A stretch of 63,073 nt of DNA, filler included, from Octopus bimaculoides (Eukaryota): NCBI RefSeq assembly GCF_001194135.2. It is 9 parts of 9 records of this genome, joined end to end, with 100 filler letters (N's around TTAATTAATTAA, not from the genome) between each part and the next. Parts side by side here need not be neighbours in the genome. Positions count along the whole stretch, not along the records: positions 1 to 28,764 come from NC_068982.1; 8 more parts are not named here. One strand, given 5' to 3'. The notes under the pieces were generated by a model. It made no database searches. It was given only the letters and a program-made list of their open reading frames with translations, and was not told the DNA's origin. Both the position numbers and the translations under genes were made by a program. This document shows, piece by piece, positions 1-12,829 of this stretch (its first letter is position 1; every line of letters starts with the position of its first letter).

Positions 1-32
<32 letters not shown>

Positions 33-600
33 GCGTTTGTGCATAGTTGTTATGGGATACATACTGTATTATTCATTATTACTGCTCAACAATACAATAC
101 GCATTGAGAATTCATGGAAAATCGTAAGTGGGATCTAGTAAATATCAATCATTTTCTCTTGATATCATCGTCAATAGTTTAGTTTCTATAATTACGCCAT
201 CAAAGTAAAAGCTTATTAGATAATTTCCTTTCATGTTAATTTTCATAACATTCAGTTTTATAATTGTGAACCCCTACAACGAAACGTCACTACAAAATTA
301 ATTACTGGAGCCAGTTTAATGATTATATTTCGTATTCTTCAATGCAAATATTTAACTTGCTTTCAACAAGTTCTCATGATCGATGCTACTACAAACAAAG
401 AATATCTAAATTACTATAACCTTATGAGTTTGATTTATATTATATTTTATTAACATCTACTTATTTTTTTAGCCTTTATCTTTTACATGCATATTTAGTT
501 TATTACAATGATGATATTAATACATTAAGCTGTCTTCAGTGATTTTGATATGAGCTTGAATTGATCATGGTTAAAAAAATATGACTCGCGGAGGATGAAC

Positions 601-635
<35 letters not shown>

Positions 636-645
636 NNNNNNNNNN

Positions 646-683
<38 letters not shown>

Positions 684-1478
684 AGATAAGGTATAAATAA
701 TAGTTATTATATATTTTTCTTTATTTCGGTAATTTGGACTTACAGCTGTTTCCAGTAGTCATTATAGGTTCGTTATTGATAGGTTTATTCAATTGGTGCA
801 TTGATCGGTTGAGAAAAATTGAACGACCTAAATATTTAATGCTGCTTTCATTAGTCATTTCTGGTTGCCACAAGAATACGCGACGCGGATCTTTTTACTG
901 ATCTGAACAATATTGTTAGCCTGGTGCACTAACTGAGTATTTTGCTTATCCTATTCTCTCTTCTCCCATCTCGCTTAATATACCATAATAAATTCTAAAG
1001 ACTGCACTATCATTGGAAACGTTGTCTGCCTACATTTCTCGAAAAGTTCAGAATACTTTTCTAAAAATGGAAGTAAATCAGAAATCATCTGGATAAATAA
1101 ACGCCAGCATATACCTATAATTTATAGAATTATTAAAGAATCCGTATTGTTAGTTTAAGACAAATTCAGTTTAAAAATCGTAGTCCATAAACAACTGATG
1201 TCATTCATGAAATCATGGAATTGACAAAAGATATATAAATATGCATGAATGATACAAATAAGGAGATGATAATTTTTCAAACGCAGACTTGCCGTTAGAA
1301 CAGCAGAAATACTGGGTAAATAATCCTTACAAGGCGGAAAAAGTTGTCAACAACCAGCTATGGGACTGATAGCCATATCCCTCAAAGACTCCGGTTGACA
1401 AATTATCACCAAATTTTGACGCTAAATGCTTTAGTATTTTATGGAACAACCATATATACCTATATAGATATATAGCCA

Positions 1479-1515
<37 letters not shown>

Positions 1516-1561
1516 ACTTGTATAAGTCGGTAGACTGCAGCCTTGCAAAACTTTTTGTCGA

Positions 1562-1830
1562 ATGAATCGATCCCAGTCTGCTACATATTCTATAGGTCTC
1601 CTTCTGCTGAGCCGCTATGTTATGGGGAACATAAACACGCCAACAGCGGATTTGAAGCGGTTGCGGTGGGAAAACACAGATACCAAGACACACTCATCAA
1701 CATTTAACATCCGCCTTATATGCTGCCAAGAGTTCGACGGCTTGACAGGGGCTGGACAGGTGGAAGACTGCACCAGGATTGCATGTCTGATTCGGCATGT
1801 TTTTTTAAGGCTAGATGTCCTTCCTAACTC
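1562..1830 (-). mobile_element. Composite of degenerate SINE/RTE-type 3' tail fragments
   Basis: Reverse complement of 1690-1830 resembles the tail at 28905-29118 (cctggtgcagtc...gcggatgttaaatgttgatg). 1562-1690 resembles the SINE-A tail (ttggcgtgtttatgttccccataacatagcgg). Explains ORF 1562..2107. Confidence 0.55.
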
Positions 1831-1962
1831 CAACCACCCCATGGAATTCAGTGAGTGCTTTTTACGTGGTACAAGCACACGCAAGGCCAGTTTTGACATA
1901 CTTTTACAGCTGGATGCGCTTCAAAACGCCACCTACGTTACGGTTTTATATATATATTTATA

Positions 1963-2340
1963 TTCTTTTATTCTTTCAGTCATTTCACTGCGACCATGCT
2001 GGAGCATCGCCTTTATTCGAGCAAATCGACCCCAGGACTTATTCTTTGTAAGCCTAGTACTTATTCTATCACTCTTTTGCCGAACCGCTAAGTTACGGGG
2101 GACGTAAATACACCAGCTTCGCTTTTCAAGCGATGTTAGGGAGACAAGCACAAACATACGCAGATATACATATAAATACATACATATATACGACGGGGTT
2201 CTTTCGGTTCCTGTCTACTAAATCCAATCAAGGTTTTGGCCAGCCCGAGACTATTGTAGAAGACCGTTGCCCAAGATGCCACGCAGTGAGAATGAACCCA
2301 TGTGGTTGGTAAGCAAGCTACTTACCACACAACCACTCCT
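1963..2340 (-). mobile_element. tRNA-derived SINE, family A, near full length
   Basis: tRNA-like head (gtggtaagtagcttgcttacc...gggttcattctcactgcgtggc), core (ttgggcaac...ctacaatagtctcgggc), central (TA)/(TG) tract and tail (gttcggcaaaagag...gactgaaagaataaaag). Alignable by eye to 5499-5857 and 21135-21475. Confidence 0.9.
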
Positions 2341-2344
2341 GCAC

Positions 2345-2416
<72 letters not shown>

Positions 2417-3296
2417 AGATGAGAGACAGATATTCTCCGTATAGAATATGTTTCGTAGAGCTCAAGAGGTTTAAACTTGAACAGATAAAGAAGAGACTGT
2501 AAGGATCGGCCAGTTAGGCAATTCCATATGCAAAAGAAAAAAATACTAAATATATATGTAATACAAAAAATGTAGATATGTTTATTACATATTAAAAGGT
2601 CCCACTTACAAAGAATAAAGACGATATCAGGAATTAAAGGGGTTGTATAAGAGTTTTACGAGTCCAACAGATGTTTCGGTGAGCTTAGTGGTCCAAAATA
2701 ATGATTGTAAATTGATTCCCTCATCGGATAATATCAGCCTCGGTCTTCCAGGAAGAAGTTTTACATTTGAAGTGTTCGACCCACCATACACACAATAGCT
2801 TCACGCACATAAATTCACGTCCATATGCTTACACACTCATACATTTAAACGAAACGCCCATCGCTCCACACAACGCACGAACTAATTTACATGTACACAT
2901 ACACACACCTTCCCATTCACACATACAGCCCATGCGTTTGCGCGCACACACACACACACGATAACCCCATACATATGTACACATCTCCATTCGCACACAC
3001 AGATACATACCAAGAAACGCACATCAGTCAAAAAATGTATGCATTACTTTACTTATACACATACACATGCACAGACGCACATAATTTTAAACGCAACCAA
3101 ATATACATTCACACGCGCTCATCCCTGTTCATACATACACACTCACACACACCATTATGACATATACACACGCGCTTGCGCACCCTAGTTCGGCCAGTCC
3201 CCGTTTTTATCTCCAATTCATCATGGTGAACCATTACCGTTAATATCAACACATTTTGTTTCTCTCCCGTTCTCTCTCCATGTTTTAATTCTCAAT

Positions 3297-3334
3297 CCTT
3301 TTTGTCGAAGAGCGTAGGCTCGAAACGTCGAAGA
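3297..3334 (+). ncRNA. Atypical minimal hammerhead-like motif in a repeated PLE-tail-like element (degenerate copy)
   Basis: CCTTT-TTGTCGAA-GAGC gtag GCTC-GAAAC-GTC-GAAGA. Same architecture and flanks as 49715-49751. Confidence 0.45.
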
Positions 3335-3425
3335 ATATTCCATTATTACCAATCATTAAACTAATACACCTGTTTGCTGTTCCTTTCCCTGTTTTCGCCT
3401 TTTGTTTTTTCTAAATTTGAACTAC

Positions 3426-3461
<36 letters not shown>

Positions 3462-3602
3462 GATTTTGTTGACTAATGGGTATATGTCAATTAGTGTGTT
3501 GAATAAAACACGAGAGCAGCTTGGGTTGCTTGGAGTTACCCACGGTTGGAGTATATTTAAGCTGGATCTACGTCAGGAATTCCACAGTGTTAGTTGCGAT
3601 AA

Positions 3603-4207
3603 TAACTGAAGGGATTGGAAGATAGATTTAGTACTAGCCTTTATTCGACTAGTACCTCGATCGTTTCGACCCATTCTGTGGGTAGGAGTTTGTGCATCTA
3701 ATTGTTGTATCAATCTGTGCAGTTTGTGTCACATCAAGTGCATGCTTAAAGAAGGGGATGTCCCGCTAAATATACTGAGATGTCCTAGGCATGTTGTTCG
3801 TGCCTGCTGTATTCTAGTTATGACCGGTTACTGTTCTCCGTGGGTACATAACATAAAATTAAAATCATACAATCGTAAAATATAGAGGGTACCTAATATC
3901 GAATAAAGATTACATTTAGGTTATCGGTGGCGGGTGCACTCCCGGTCATAAACACACACTCACACGGGCGTACAGACGCACGCACACACACGCGCGCGCG
4001 CACGCAATAAATTAAAGACACAGAATCATAGAAGAAACAAATTAAAACTCTGCCTATATCTGATGTGACACAAGCTGCACAAATTGATGCAGCACAATTA
4101 GATACACAAAATACTACCCATGCCAGACAGTTTCAGGATGGGTCGAAACGATCGTCTTACTGAAGAAAGACTAGTGCTAGATCTATATTCCGTTTCCTTC
4201 ATCAATT
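3603..4207. repeat. Inverted repeat pair (about 3603-3736 versus about 4061-4207) around a spacer of about 320 bp
   Basis: Reverse complement of 3660-3736 (tgatgtgacacaaactgcacagattgat...cagaatgggtcgaaacgatcg) matches 4061-4152 (tgatgtgacacaagctgcacaaattgat...caggatgggtcgaaacgatcg). Similarity continues to about 3603/4207. Confidence 0.75.
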
Positions 4208-4241
4208 AAACATGTGTATATATATATATCTATATATATAT

Positions 4242-4274
<33 letters not shown>

Positions 4275-5137
4275 NNNNNNNNNNNNNNNNNNNNNNNNNN
4301 NNNNNNNNNNNNNNNNNNNNNNNNNNNNNNNNNNNNNNNNNNNNNNNNNNNNNNNNNNNNNNNNNNNNNNNNNNNNNNNNNNNNNNNNNNNNNNNNNNNN
4401 NNNNNNNNNNNNNNNNNNNNNNNNNNNNNNNNNNNNNNNNNNNNNNNNNNNNNNNNNNNNNNNNNNNNNNNNNNNNNNNNNNNNNNNNNNNNNNNNNNNN
4501 NNNNNNNNNNNNNNNNNNNNNNNNNNNNNNNNNNNNNNNNNNNNNNNNNNNNNNNNNNNNNNNNNNNNNNNNNNNNNNNNNNNNNNNNNNNNNNNNNNNN
4601 NNNNNNNNNNNNNNNNNNNNNNNNNNNNNNNNNNNNNNNNNNNNNNNNNNNNNNNNNNNNNNNNNNNNNNNNNNNNNNNNNNNNNNNNNNNNNNNNNNNN
4701 NNNNNNNNNNNNNNNNNNNNNNNNNNNNNNNNNNNNNNNNNNNNNNNNNNNNNNNNNNNNNNNNNNNNNNNNNNNNNNNNNNNNNNNNNNNNNNNNNNNN
4801 NNNNNNNNNNNNNNNNNNNNNNNNNNNNNNNNNNNNNNNNNNNNNNNNNNNNNNNNNNNNNNNNNNNNNNNNNNNNNNNNNNNNNNNNNNNNNNNNNNNN
4901 NNNNNNNNNNNNNNNNNNNNNNNNNNNNNNNNNNNNNNNNNNNNNNNNNNNNNNNNNNNNNNNNNNNNNNNNNNNNNNNNNNNNNNNNNNNNNNNNNNNN
5001 NNNNNNNNNNNNNNNNNNNNNNNNNNNNNNNNNNNNNNNNNNNNNNNNNNNNNNNNNNNNNNNNNNNNNNNNNNNNNNNNNNNNNNNNNNNNNNNNNNNN
5101 NNNNNNNNNNNNNNNNNNNNNNNNNNNNNNNNNNNNN

Positions 5138-5185
<48 letters not shown>

Positions 5186-5498
5186 GGTATATGTGTGTAT
5201 TCATTTATCTATTTTAATACGCAGGACATAGTCGGGAAATACTACACTACTATATTCTCTATGTTAATCTCTCCATTTACTACAATAGTGAAATTCCTGC
5301 AGATACAGGCCACCAAATATCTCCTTAATTTCTGTTTTACCTGATACATAAATATGTATTTATGAACATGTACACACATACAAACATACACACACACACA
5401 AGTTTTGTATGTTCTAATTTAAAAAATTAGGAAATCCATTTTAAAGCTAGTTAGTCAATTTATGAACTAGAATGCATATATTCATGTTTACTACACAC

Positions 5499-5857
5499 TC
5501 TCATTTGTTTCAGTCATTTGATTACGGCCATGCTGGAGCGCCGCCTTTAGTCGAATAAATCGACCCCAGGATTTATTCTTTGTACGCCTAGTACTTATCG
5601 TATCGGTCCTTTTGCCGAACCGCTAACGCACGGGGGACGTAAACATACCAACATCGGTTGTCAAGCGATGGAGGTGGGGATAAACACAGACACACAAACA
5701 TACATATATACGACGAGCTTCTTTCAGTTTCTGTCTACCAAATCCACTCACAAGGCTTTGGTCGGCCCGAGGCTATAGTAGAAGACCTTTGCCCAAGGTG
5801 CCACTCAGTGGGACTGAACCCGGAACCTTATGGTTGGTAAGCAACCTACTTACCACA
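5499..5857 (-). mobile_element. tRNA-derived SINE, family A
   Basis: Same head, core and tail as 1963-2340; B-box-like gggttcagtccc on the minus strand. Confidence 0.9.
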
Positions 5858-6184
5858 AATTAATACTTTTTCTTCCGCTTTAAATTTCTCGAAAGAGCTA
5901 TGAGACACAACTAGGCCTGTAAGATTCACAGTCGTAAGAATATCAAATCTTACTCACATTATTGTGGTATGACAGTCCCCGAAAATGGTGGTTGCAGATT
6001 GAACAATTGAACTAGATTTCATATACTAGCTACTGTTGATTCAGGAATCCATGCAACTAGTCTTGCGAGAGAGCAGGAGTTAAATCAAGTTTGTTTCATT
6101 ATTAAAGAGTCTATTTCACAGTTTGATATACAATCATGTTTGCTTTTGTTATACACTTTTAACTACATTTAATATACTATCATT

Positions 6185-6367
6185 CGTTTCTACTCTAGGC
6201 ACAAGACCGAAATGTTTGAGGAGGGGACCAGTCGATTAGTTCGACCCCAGTACACAACTAGGTACTTAATTTATCAACCTCGGCGGAATTTGAACTCAGA
6301 ACGTAATGGTAGACGAAATACCGCTAAGCATTTCGTCGGCGTGCTAACATTTCTGCCAGCGCGCCCC
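6185..6367 (-). mobile_element. tRNA-derived SINE, family B, with 17-bp TSD
   Basis: Head gctggcagaaatgttagcacgccg, B-box gagttcaaattcc. Flanked by direct repeat tttaatatactatcatt at 6168-6184 and 6368-6384. Confidence 0.9.
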
Positions 6368-9300
6368 TTTAATATACTATCATTAACTAAACCTGTAAAA
6401 TCTAGTTTCCTGTATCTGTTCTTGTGTTTGGATCTTAGCAACAAGTTATATTTCTATAATATTTGAATAATAATTCTTCAATATACATATTAGACATGAT
6501 CATGTTAGCAGTCATTAAGGCGTTTGCAATAAATTAGACTGATTATTAATCTTTCGTCATTTATGAATGTTGTTTTATCTCTTTGTACCTATGAAACACG
6601 GAGTGCATTAGATGCGATTTACTTTCACCTTTTATTACATTAAACTTGCTAATATGTTGGGCTTACATTAGTCTCCAATATTTTGTATCTTTTTTTATTT
6701 GCTGTCTCAATTTAAGCTATGTTCTTATTGAACAGGGTCCCCAACTTCTATCAATAAAAACATGGAACAGATGCTTTCTAATTTTTATAGTATGTGTCGA
6801 GATAATTAGATTTCTGTGAATTAGCAGAAGGATTTCCGTATTAAGTATAGCTTTCCAATATCAAGGCAGTTGTTACATTCACCCATAATCAGTAAGAGAA
6901 ATCATTTATTTGATGGTTTACAAACAAATTAGGAACATGTAGCCAAATGTAATAATACAATCACAATAAACATAAATTAATAAGTCATCGAATATGCTCA
7001 TTACCTGATAATGAGCATATTAGGTAATGAAGATATTGTTAATTAATCCGCCTCCAAGAGAGGAAGTTAATTAGGTTAGAGGGCTAGACAGATATACAGA
7101 CAGACAGAAAGATATTTTGCAGGATAGAATTATATAGACTATATAGAATCATATACATACACATAACACACATGCATTAATTCATAAGCTCACTGTGTGT
7201 GTGTGTGTGTGTGTGACAATCCAATCTGGTTTTACTGCACTAGAGCCACAAGTTTTAGAACCCAGTATAATTACGTCAACTTCCAAAGTTTCACAAAACT
7301 TAATGTGATATTAAGTAGAATGTTGCATATAATTTATACTCGGCTATCAAGTTTGCAAACAGTGAAATACGTTTAAAATGAAGTTTTTGTTAGTTGAGAC
7401 TGCTGCGTGGATCATATTTTAGTTGAAGTTGATATATGCATGTACATGCGTGTCGTGCGTATGCACCTAGATACGTGATTTTTTTTTGGGGGGGGGGGGA
7501 TTACATGAGCATTGGTGCATGTTTTCAAATCCACTGTATTTTCTAACCGAGAACTCAATCGACACAAATATTATAACTTATGTGTGTGAAAATAAATGGA
7601 CTAACAGATTAGAATGTTATATCACGAATACGGCTGAAAAATATTTTAGATATAACAATGGCTCCCTTAATTTACAAAAAGCAAAAAATATATATATGTA
7701 CATAAGTGCGACTTTTCTACCCCTATTGATATATAAAAAGTGTTTCTGTTTTTAGTAATAACGCTGGAAGTACGTCCGTGAGATTCGAATCGTGATATAC
7801 GAGTCTCTTCTAATAAATAAGATGGAGGAAGTTGGTTTCTGTCAAATGGAATAACAGTAGTTGAATTATGGAAAGTCGAAGATGATTTTGTTACCCCCTA
7901 ATTGATTTGAGGCTTAAATACGCCAACAACGTAGATTAAGAACCAGATGCCTTTTTCTGAATATCCATTAGTTCAAATACTCTCCAATCATATCTGGTAA
8001 CTTATATTTTTGCTCTGGCTGCTAACTTTAAGATTCCGTTGTTAAACAACAAAAAAATTGGGGCAGTTTCTAAGAATTTTGAAAGTGCAAAATCATTTGG
8101 AAAGGCTATTATCGAAATTGTTTTTCAGCTAACCGTTTCTTTTTTTGCGTTTTCTACGTGATCTTATAATAACGATAATGTCATAGAAACAGAGTAACGT
8201 TTATCTAAAATGTTACAGTACTAGATGTGAGCATAGAGTCCGAAAAAACGAATGATCGTCTGTATTATCAAAAAGTAAGCGAATAAAATTTGAAACATTT
8301 GATATTTATATGCGTAATGATTTCTGGCGCAGTTGAAATAATTGTGAAAAGAAACCAAGAAGAATTGAGTGTACGGTGGTGTAAATTAGGTTCTGGTTGT
8401 AAAATACAATGTATTTAATAGTTTTGGTCGTCTTCATTTTAACGTCAAATTCTGACGGCGTCGTCTTCGCATTCATTTAATGCCGAAGCCTAATTGTAAT
8501 GAAATAAAAGTTTTACTTTCCCCACGAATTTTATCTCTTTCCTATTTCAGAAATTATATGTAAATTTGTACTTTACTAATTCTCATCTTTATCGGTTAAA
8601 TTCTCCTGATTTCGAAAGATATTGCCTACAGCTGGAGTTTCCAATATCGAATATACTGTGAAGATGAGTATGTATTTGTATGTCAGTTGTATGGCAATGA
8701 CAATGGTTTAGCAAAATTGGACAAAGATTTTTATGGTACTTCGTTAGAGCTCTTTACCTTCAGATTTCTTGTCCCAAAGGAGTTATCCTTCCGAGTCAGA
8801 TAAAATAAATTAGCACTCACACTCTTCCCAAACTTTTCTGGCGTCATGCCTGTGTAAGAAAACAATACTGTGTGACAAATAATTGTTAGTGGGAATATTC
8901 ATCAAAACCTGCAAGACAATAACGGGAACATTTCATACCGTGAAGAAGAATATGACAATTTAAGTTATCACTTGCTTTTGTCTGCCTCGATTCTACTTCA
9001 TTATATTATCTAGCAAGCTTAACAGAACTCTGAAGAATCCGGTGTAAATTTAGAGATGACAGAGGTTTTCTAACTACATTCTGTTTAACATTTTTTTTAA
9101 TCTTAAAATTGTCTCTAAACAAGTAAATATGGAATAGTTAGAACGATTCCACTGGCAGAATGCATTAACTAGAGAATAAAAAATACATTAGGTTTTCTCT
9201 TGAAAATAATCAGATTTTTTCATCACATTATAACTTATCAGAGCATTCTGAGTAAAAATGATGGAATGTTCTGAGAGATTTTGCTTTTGATATGTTAATA

Positions 9301-10399
9301 TTTATTTGTTTGAACAGTTTCATTTCACTTCAAGGCATTGGAGTGGCAAAATACGCTAAAGAACTAGTGTAAATGTTCTCTCTCTTCAAGCTCAACTACT
9401 ACTGCAGTCGACAATGTCTTTCATCTGTTTGTTGTCAATAAATAAGTAAATATAAAAACACTCTAAATTTTGCTAAAACGAAAATTCTTTGTAGTGGTCT
9501 GTGTCGGTAAAAGTCAGGAAATACATTTACACATATCAATATATTAGGATGGCACCGGGAAAATATGAATTCTACCGTTTGGGATAGAATAGTTTTTCGG
9601 AAAATAAAAGATTTACGTCTTCCTAGCTGCATGGAAACTTATATATCTTTGCAAACGAAATCACAGAAAGGATACACTGTCATTGGTTCTATCGGTTTTA
9701 ATTGCTCGTCCAAAAATATGGTCCCGAACTAAACGGAAAGAAAAGAATATTTATACATCTGAAGGGTTTTTTTTAAGATTAATAGATATAAGTAGATTTA
9801 ATAGTTCACAAATTTGAAAGAATCTCTGTAACTTCTATTATTACAATTTCTCTATTCTGGAATACTTACATTTAAATTGCGTTCATTGGACAAAATATTT
9901 ATTTCAAAGAATTGAGAGTGTTTTTATTGACTCAAATTTCGAGATGTATGGACATTGCTCTTAGGTGCCATATTTGTAATTTTATCATTGGGCTAAATTT
10001 AAATTAAGTATCCTTAGCTCAATGATGTAATAATGCGGGGTGCCCAGTTCGGAGAACTTAGTAGCTTAATATGATATGTTTTGATAAATAGTGAATCAAG
10101 CCATTTAGATCTATATATTTTACATTAATATTGTTTAAATTAATCTAACATGGGGCTTGCCAGTATAATAAGCATACACATTGAACCCTTTTCATTTTTT
10201 TCATGCCTTGTATGTCTTGTGAACTCTCTGTGACAGCTGGTTATGTTGTACAGTCAAACGCGTCTCATGAGCAAGTACCATGTACCATGTATTCACTAAT
10301 TATATTATGCGCCTATGTAGTCGTCAGAAGACAAATGGTCGGTCCTCTACCCTTTAACCTTCACTTAGTCGTCACATTCAGGTTGTGACAACTGGAATT

Positions 10400-10535
10400 A
10401 GAGAGGGCTCAACCAGCAAAGGCCGGTACTCATTACAGCGCAGTAAACTGCATCGACATGAAATTAAATGCTTTGTTTACGCACACAACACATCGCTTGG
10501 GCCAGGAATTGAACCAATGACGCTTTGACCCTTAT
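10400..10535 (-). mobile_element. Degenerate SINE family C fragment
   Basis: aaatgctttgtttacgcacacaacacatcgcttgggccaggaattgaacc resembles the reverse complement of the family C head and core (47049-47408). Confidence 0.5.
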
Positions 10536-10944
10536 CATTATGCCACTCTCTTTTACAAGGAGTTCATTAGTTCAATCTTAATGATTTTATCTTCTGCTTT
10601 TGTAGTATACTTTATGCTGTTGATTGTTGTGGTTAGCTAGTCTTATATTTCATGTTGCTCAAAAGAATGGCAATGGAAGATTTTAAAGTCTTAGTTTTAT
10701 CTTTGTTTTCTTTTGTTTTTGTATATTTTTTTCTAATTTTCTTGCATTTATTAAAATAGTAGTCATGGTCACTAGTTGGAAAAGGGACAAAATGAAAGAC
10801 GAAGTTGCAGAAAAAATTAATTCTATGCTTTTTGAGCATATAATGAAACGTTGGACATGTGCGACACTGCTTCAGTTGGATCTTATATTGCGCCCCGGTT
10901 TTCAATTCATTGTATTTAGTGTTATTAATAGGAGTAGTTACAGA

Positions 10945-11396
10945 GCGGCGAGCTGGAAGAATCGGTAGCACACGGGGCGAACTACATAGAGATATTTCGT
11001 CTGCCGGTACGTTCTGAGTTCAAATTTTCCCAAGGTTGACTTTGCCTTTCATCCTTTCGAGGTCAATTAAATACGTACCAGTTACGTACTGGGGTCGATG
11101 CAATCGACTTAATCCATTCTTCTTGTTTGTTCACTCTATGTTTAGCCCCTCCCCGTAGGCAATAAAGAAATAAATACGAGTGGTTGTGAAGGCGGAGAGC
11201 TGGCAAAATCGTTAGCATGCCGGGAAAAATGCTTAGCAGTATTTCGCTCGGCTTAATTTTCTGTGTTCAATTTCCGCTGAGGTTGACTTTGCCCTTCATT
11301 CTTTCAGGGTCGATAAAATAAGCACTAATTGAGCACAGGGGTCGACTTACCACCTCCCCAGAAATTGCTAGCCTTGTGCATAAAAATTAAAACAAG
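10945..11396 (+). mobile_element. Two head-to-tail SINE family B copies (10945-11172; 11190-11396)
   Basis: Each begins gcggcgagctgg/ggcggagagctgg, carries a B-box-like motif (gagttcaaattt/gttcaattt) and gactttgcc(t/c)ttcat(c/t)ctttc. Tails differ (ggcaataaagaaata versus ccttgtgcataa). Confidence 0.85.
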
Positions 11397-11659
11397 TATT
11401 TTCGTTCTTGTCTTTCTTGTTCATCCCAGGAATAGCTCTGATTAAACAAACCTAAAGTATTTCAGCCTTGACCACTGCATCATTTTGGCCAATCTTCATC
11501 TTCTTTACTGAAGATCATAGCCGTACCTTCTTTTGTTAGTATGAGTAAGTAAAAATATTGTAGGTTTGTTATAATTGCTTAGATCCCGAAGCATTTTAAC
11601 AGTAGCCCTAAGAACTATAAGGCCCTGGTGCCGTTGAGTTATCGATTGGTTTTCAGTCA

Positions 11660-12110
11660 ATATTATTTGGTAGAGACAGAGATTAGATTACGGTGGAAAA
11701 TGCCTAACTGGAATATTGAGTTTCTGTCATTGTGACTTCGATCTCGCAAGCGTGTATTGTGTATGATTTGAGATTGATTTTGAAGAGATATTTCATGTAA
11801 TCGAATAACTAGAATGAGTAATGTGATGATTGTCATGATCGTTACTGACAGTGCAATATACATTTTATAAGTCCGTTGCAGCTAATTTGGGATTCATATA
11901 GAATATAGTGACTGGACATCTTTCTAACATTTCACTTTTCGTTGCTGGTATCTGGTTATTTCCTTGTTTAGGGGTTGAATGGTCAGTTTTATTTCTATTG
12001 TGTAATATATTTGTGATTGTGTAATATATTTGTGATTGACCTGTTATGATTGATCCCATTGACCTAGGTATGATGCAACAAAGCTTACATTGTCTTCTTT
12101 ACTAAGATGG
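11660..12110 (-). pseudogene. Penelope-like element remnant (RT/GIY-YIG linker and endonuclease region), highly degenerate
   Basis: Hand translation gives NVSF...MGSIITGQ, CPV...NVYCTV and QKLNI, resembling PLE motifs KVSYSC.PNM.SII..HN, CP...C...IY and TEKL.I. Contains stops and frameshifts. Confidence 0.4.
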
Positions 12111-12829
12111 CGACGACAATGTGGAAGAACTCTCATTGGTTGGTTCTATATTACACTATGTAACATTTTTTTTTTTGTCTTTAGGCAATAAGTGTTATTT
12201 CCTATTTCCTTCCGTCTAGAAATCAAAACAAAAGACTACTATTCCCTTCAAACTTTCCTTTTGTGACGTGGGCATCAATGTTTTGAAACTGACCCACATC
12301 GACCCTGTACGCGACAGCTGCTTCCTTTTATTGACTCCGGAAGAATGAAGAGCAAAGTTCACTTCAGCGGGTGCGACTAAGGATTTTGACTTACACGGTA
12401 ACGATTCCGTCAGCTCATTACCTCAATAATGTTACTAATAATAATCGTACCTACAATAGGCACAAAATCTGCACATGGAAGTTCTACAAATCCAAGTTCA
12501 TCCTGACCACTACAGCAAGTTCCCTTTTCCCATTCTCCTCCCTCAGTCTACTGGTGTATGCTCGGAACAGGTCTGTTTACGCGAACTATCTCTCTCACTC
12601 TCATCCACTTTTTCAACAAATTTGTTGAAAGGCAGCATTTCACATTTCAAGCTCACTTCCCATTTCAAAGAAAACTTGAAAAATTCTATGAGAGCTTGAC
12701 TAAAGAAAAAAGAGTCAGTCTTTAGCTCTTCAATCTGCTTTAGAACACAACCTGTTTTTCTAAGGCCAAGAAATAGAGAAAGATTACCGATAGCAGGTGT
12801 TCGGTGTAATTCAGTTATCTTGAATCGAC

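Noticed and set aside
985-1420. Two minus-strand exon-like segments (about 1330-1418 SKFGDNLSTGVFEGYGYQSHSWLLTTFSA; about 985-1088 MISDLLPFLEKYSELFEKC)
   Set aside because: Their intron phases are incompatible with each other and neither peptide is recognisable.
1562-2107. 181-aa ORF as a host gene
   Set aside because: It is composed entirely of antisense SINE and RTE-tail fragments.
8600-8805. 67-codon open frame containing AYSWSFQYRIYCEDE, superficially like the start of a DSL domain
   Set aside because: It lacks the following YYG and Cys pattern, and no compatible downstream exon was found.
9510-9735. Open frame containing KIKDLRLPSCMETYI, superficially like a SOCS-box end
   Set aside because: The BC-box (SLQ.LCR) is absent and splice signals are weak.
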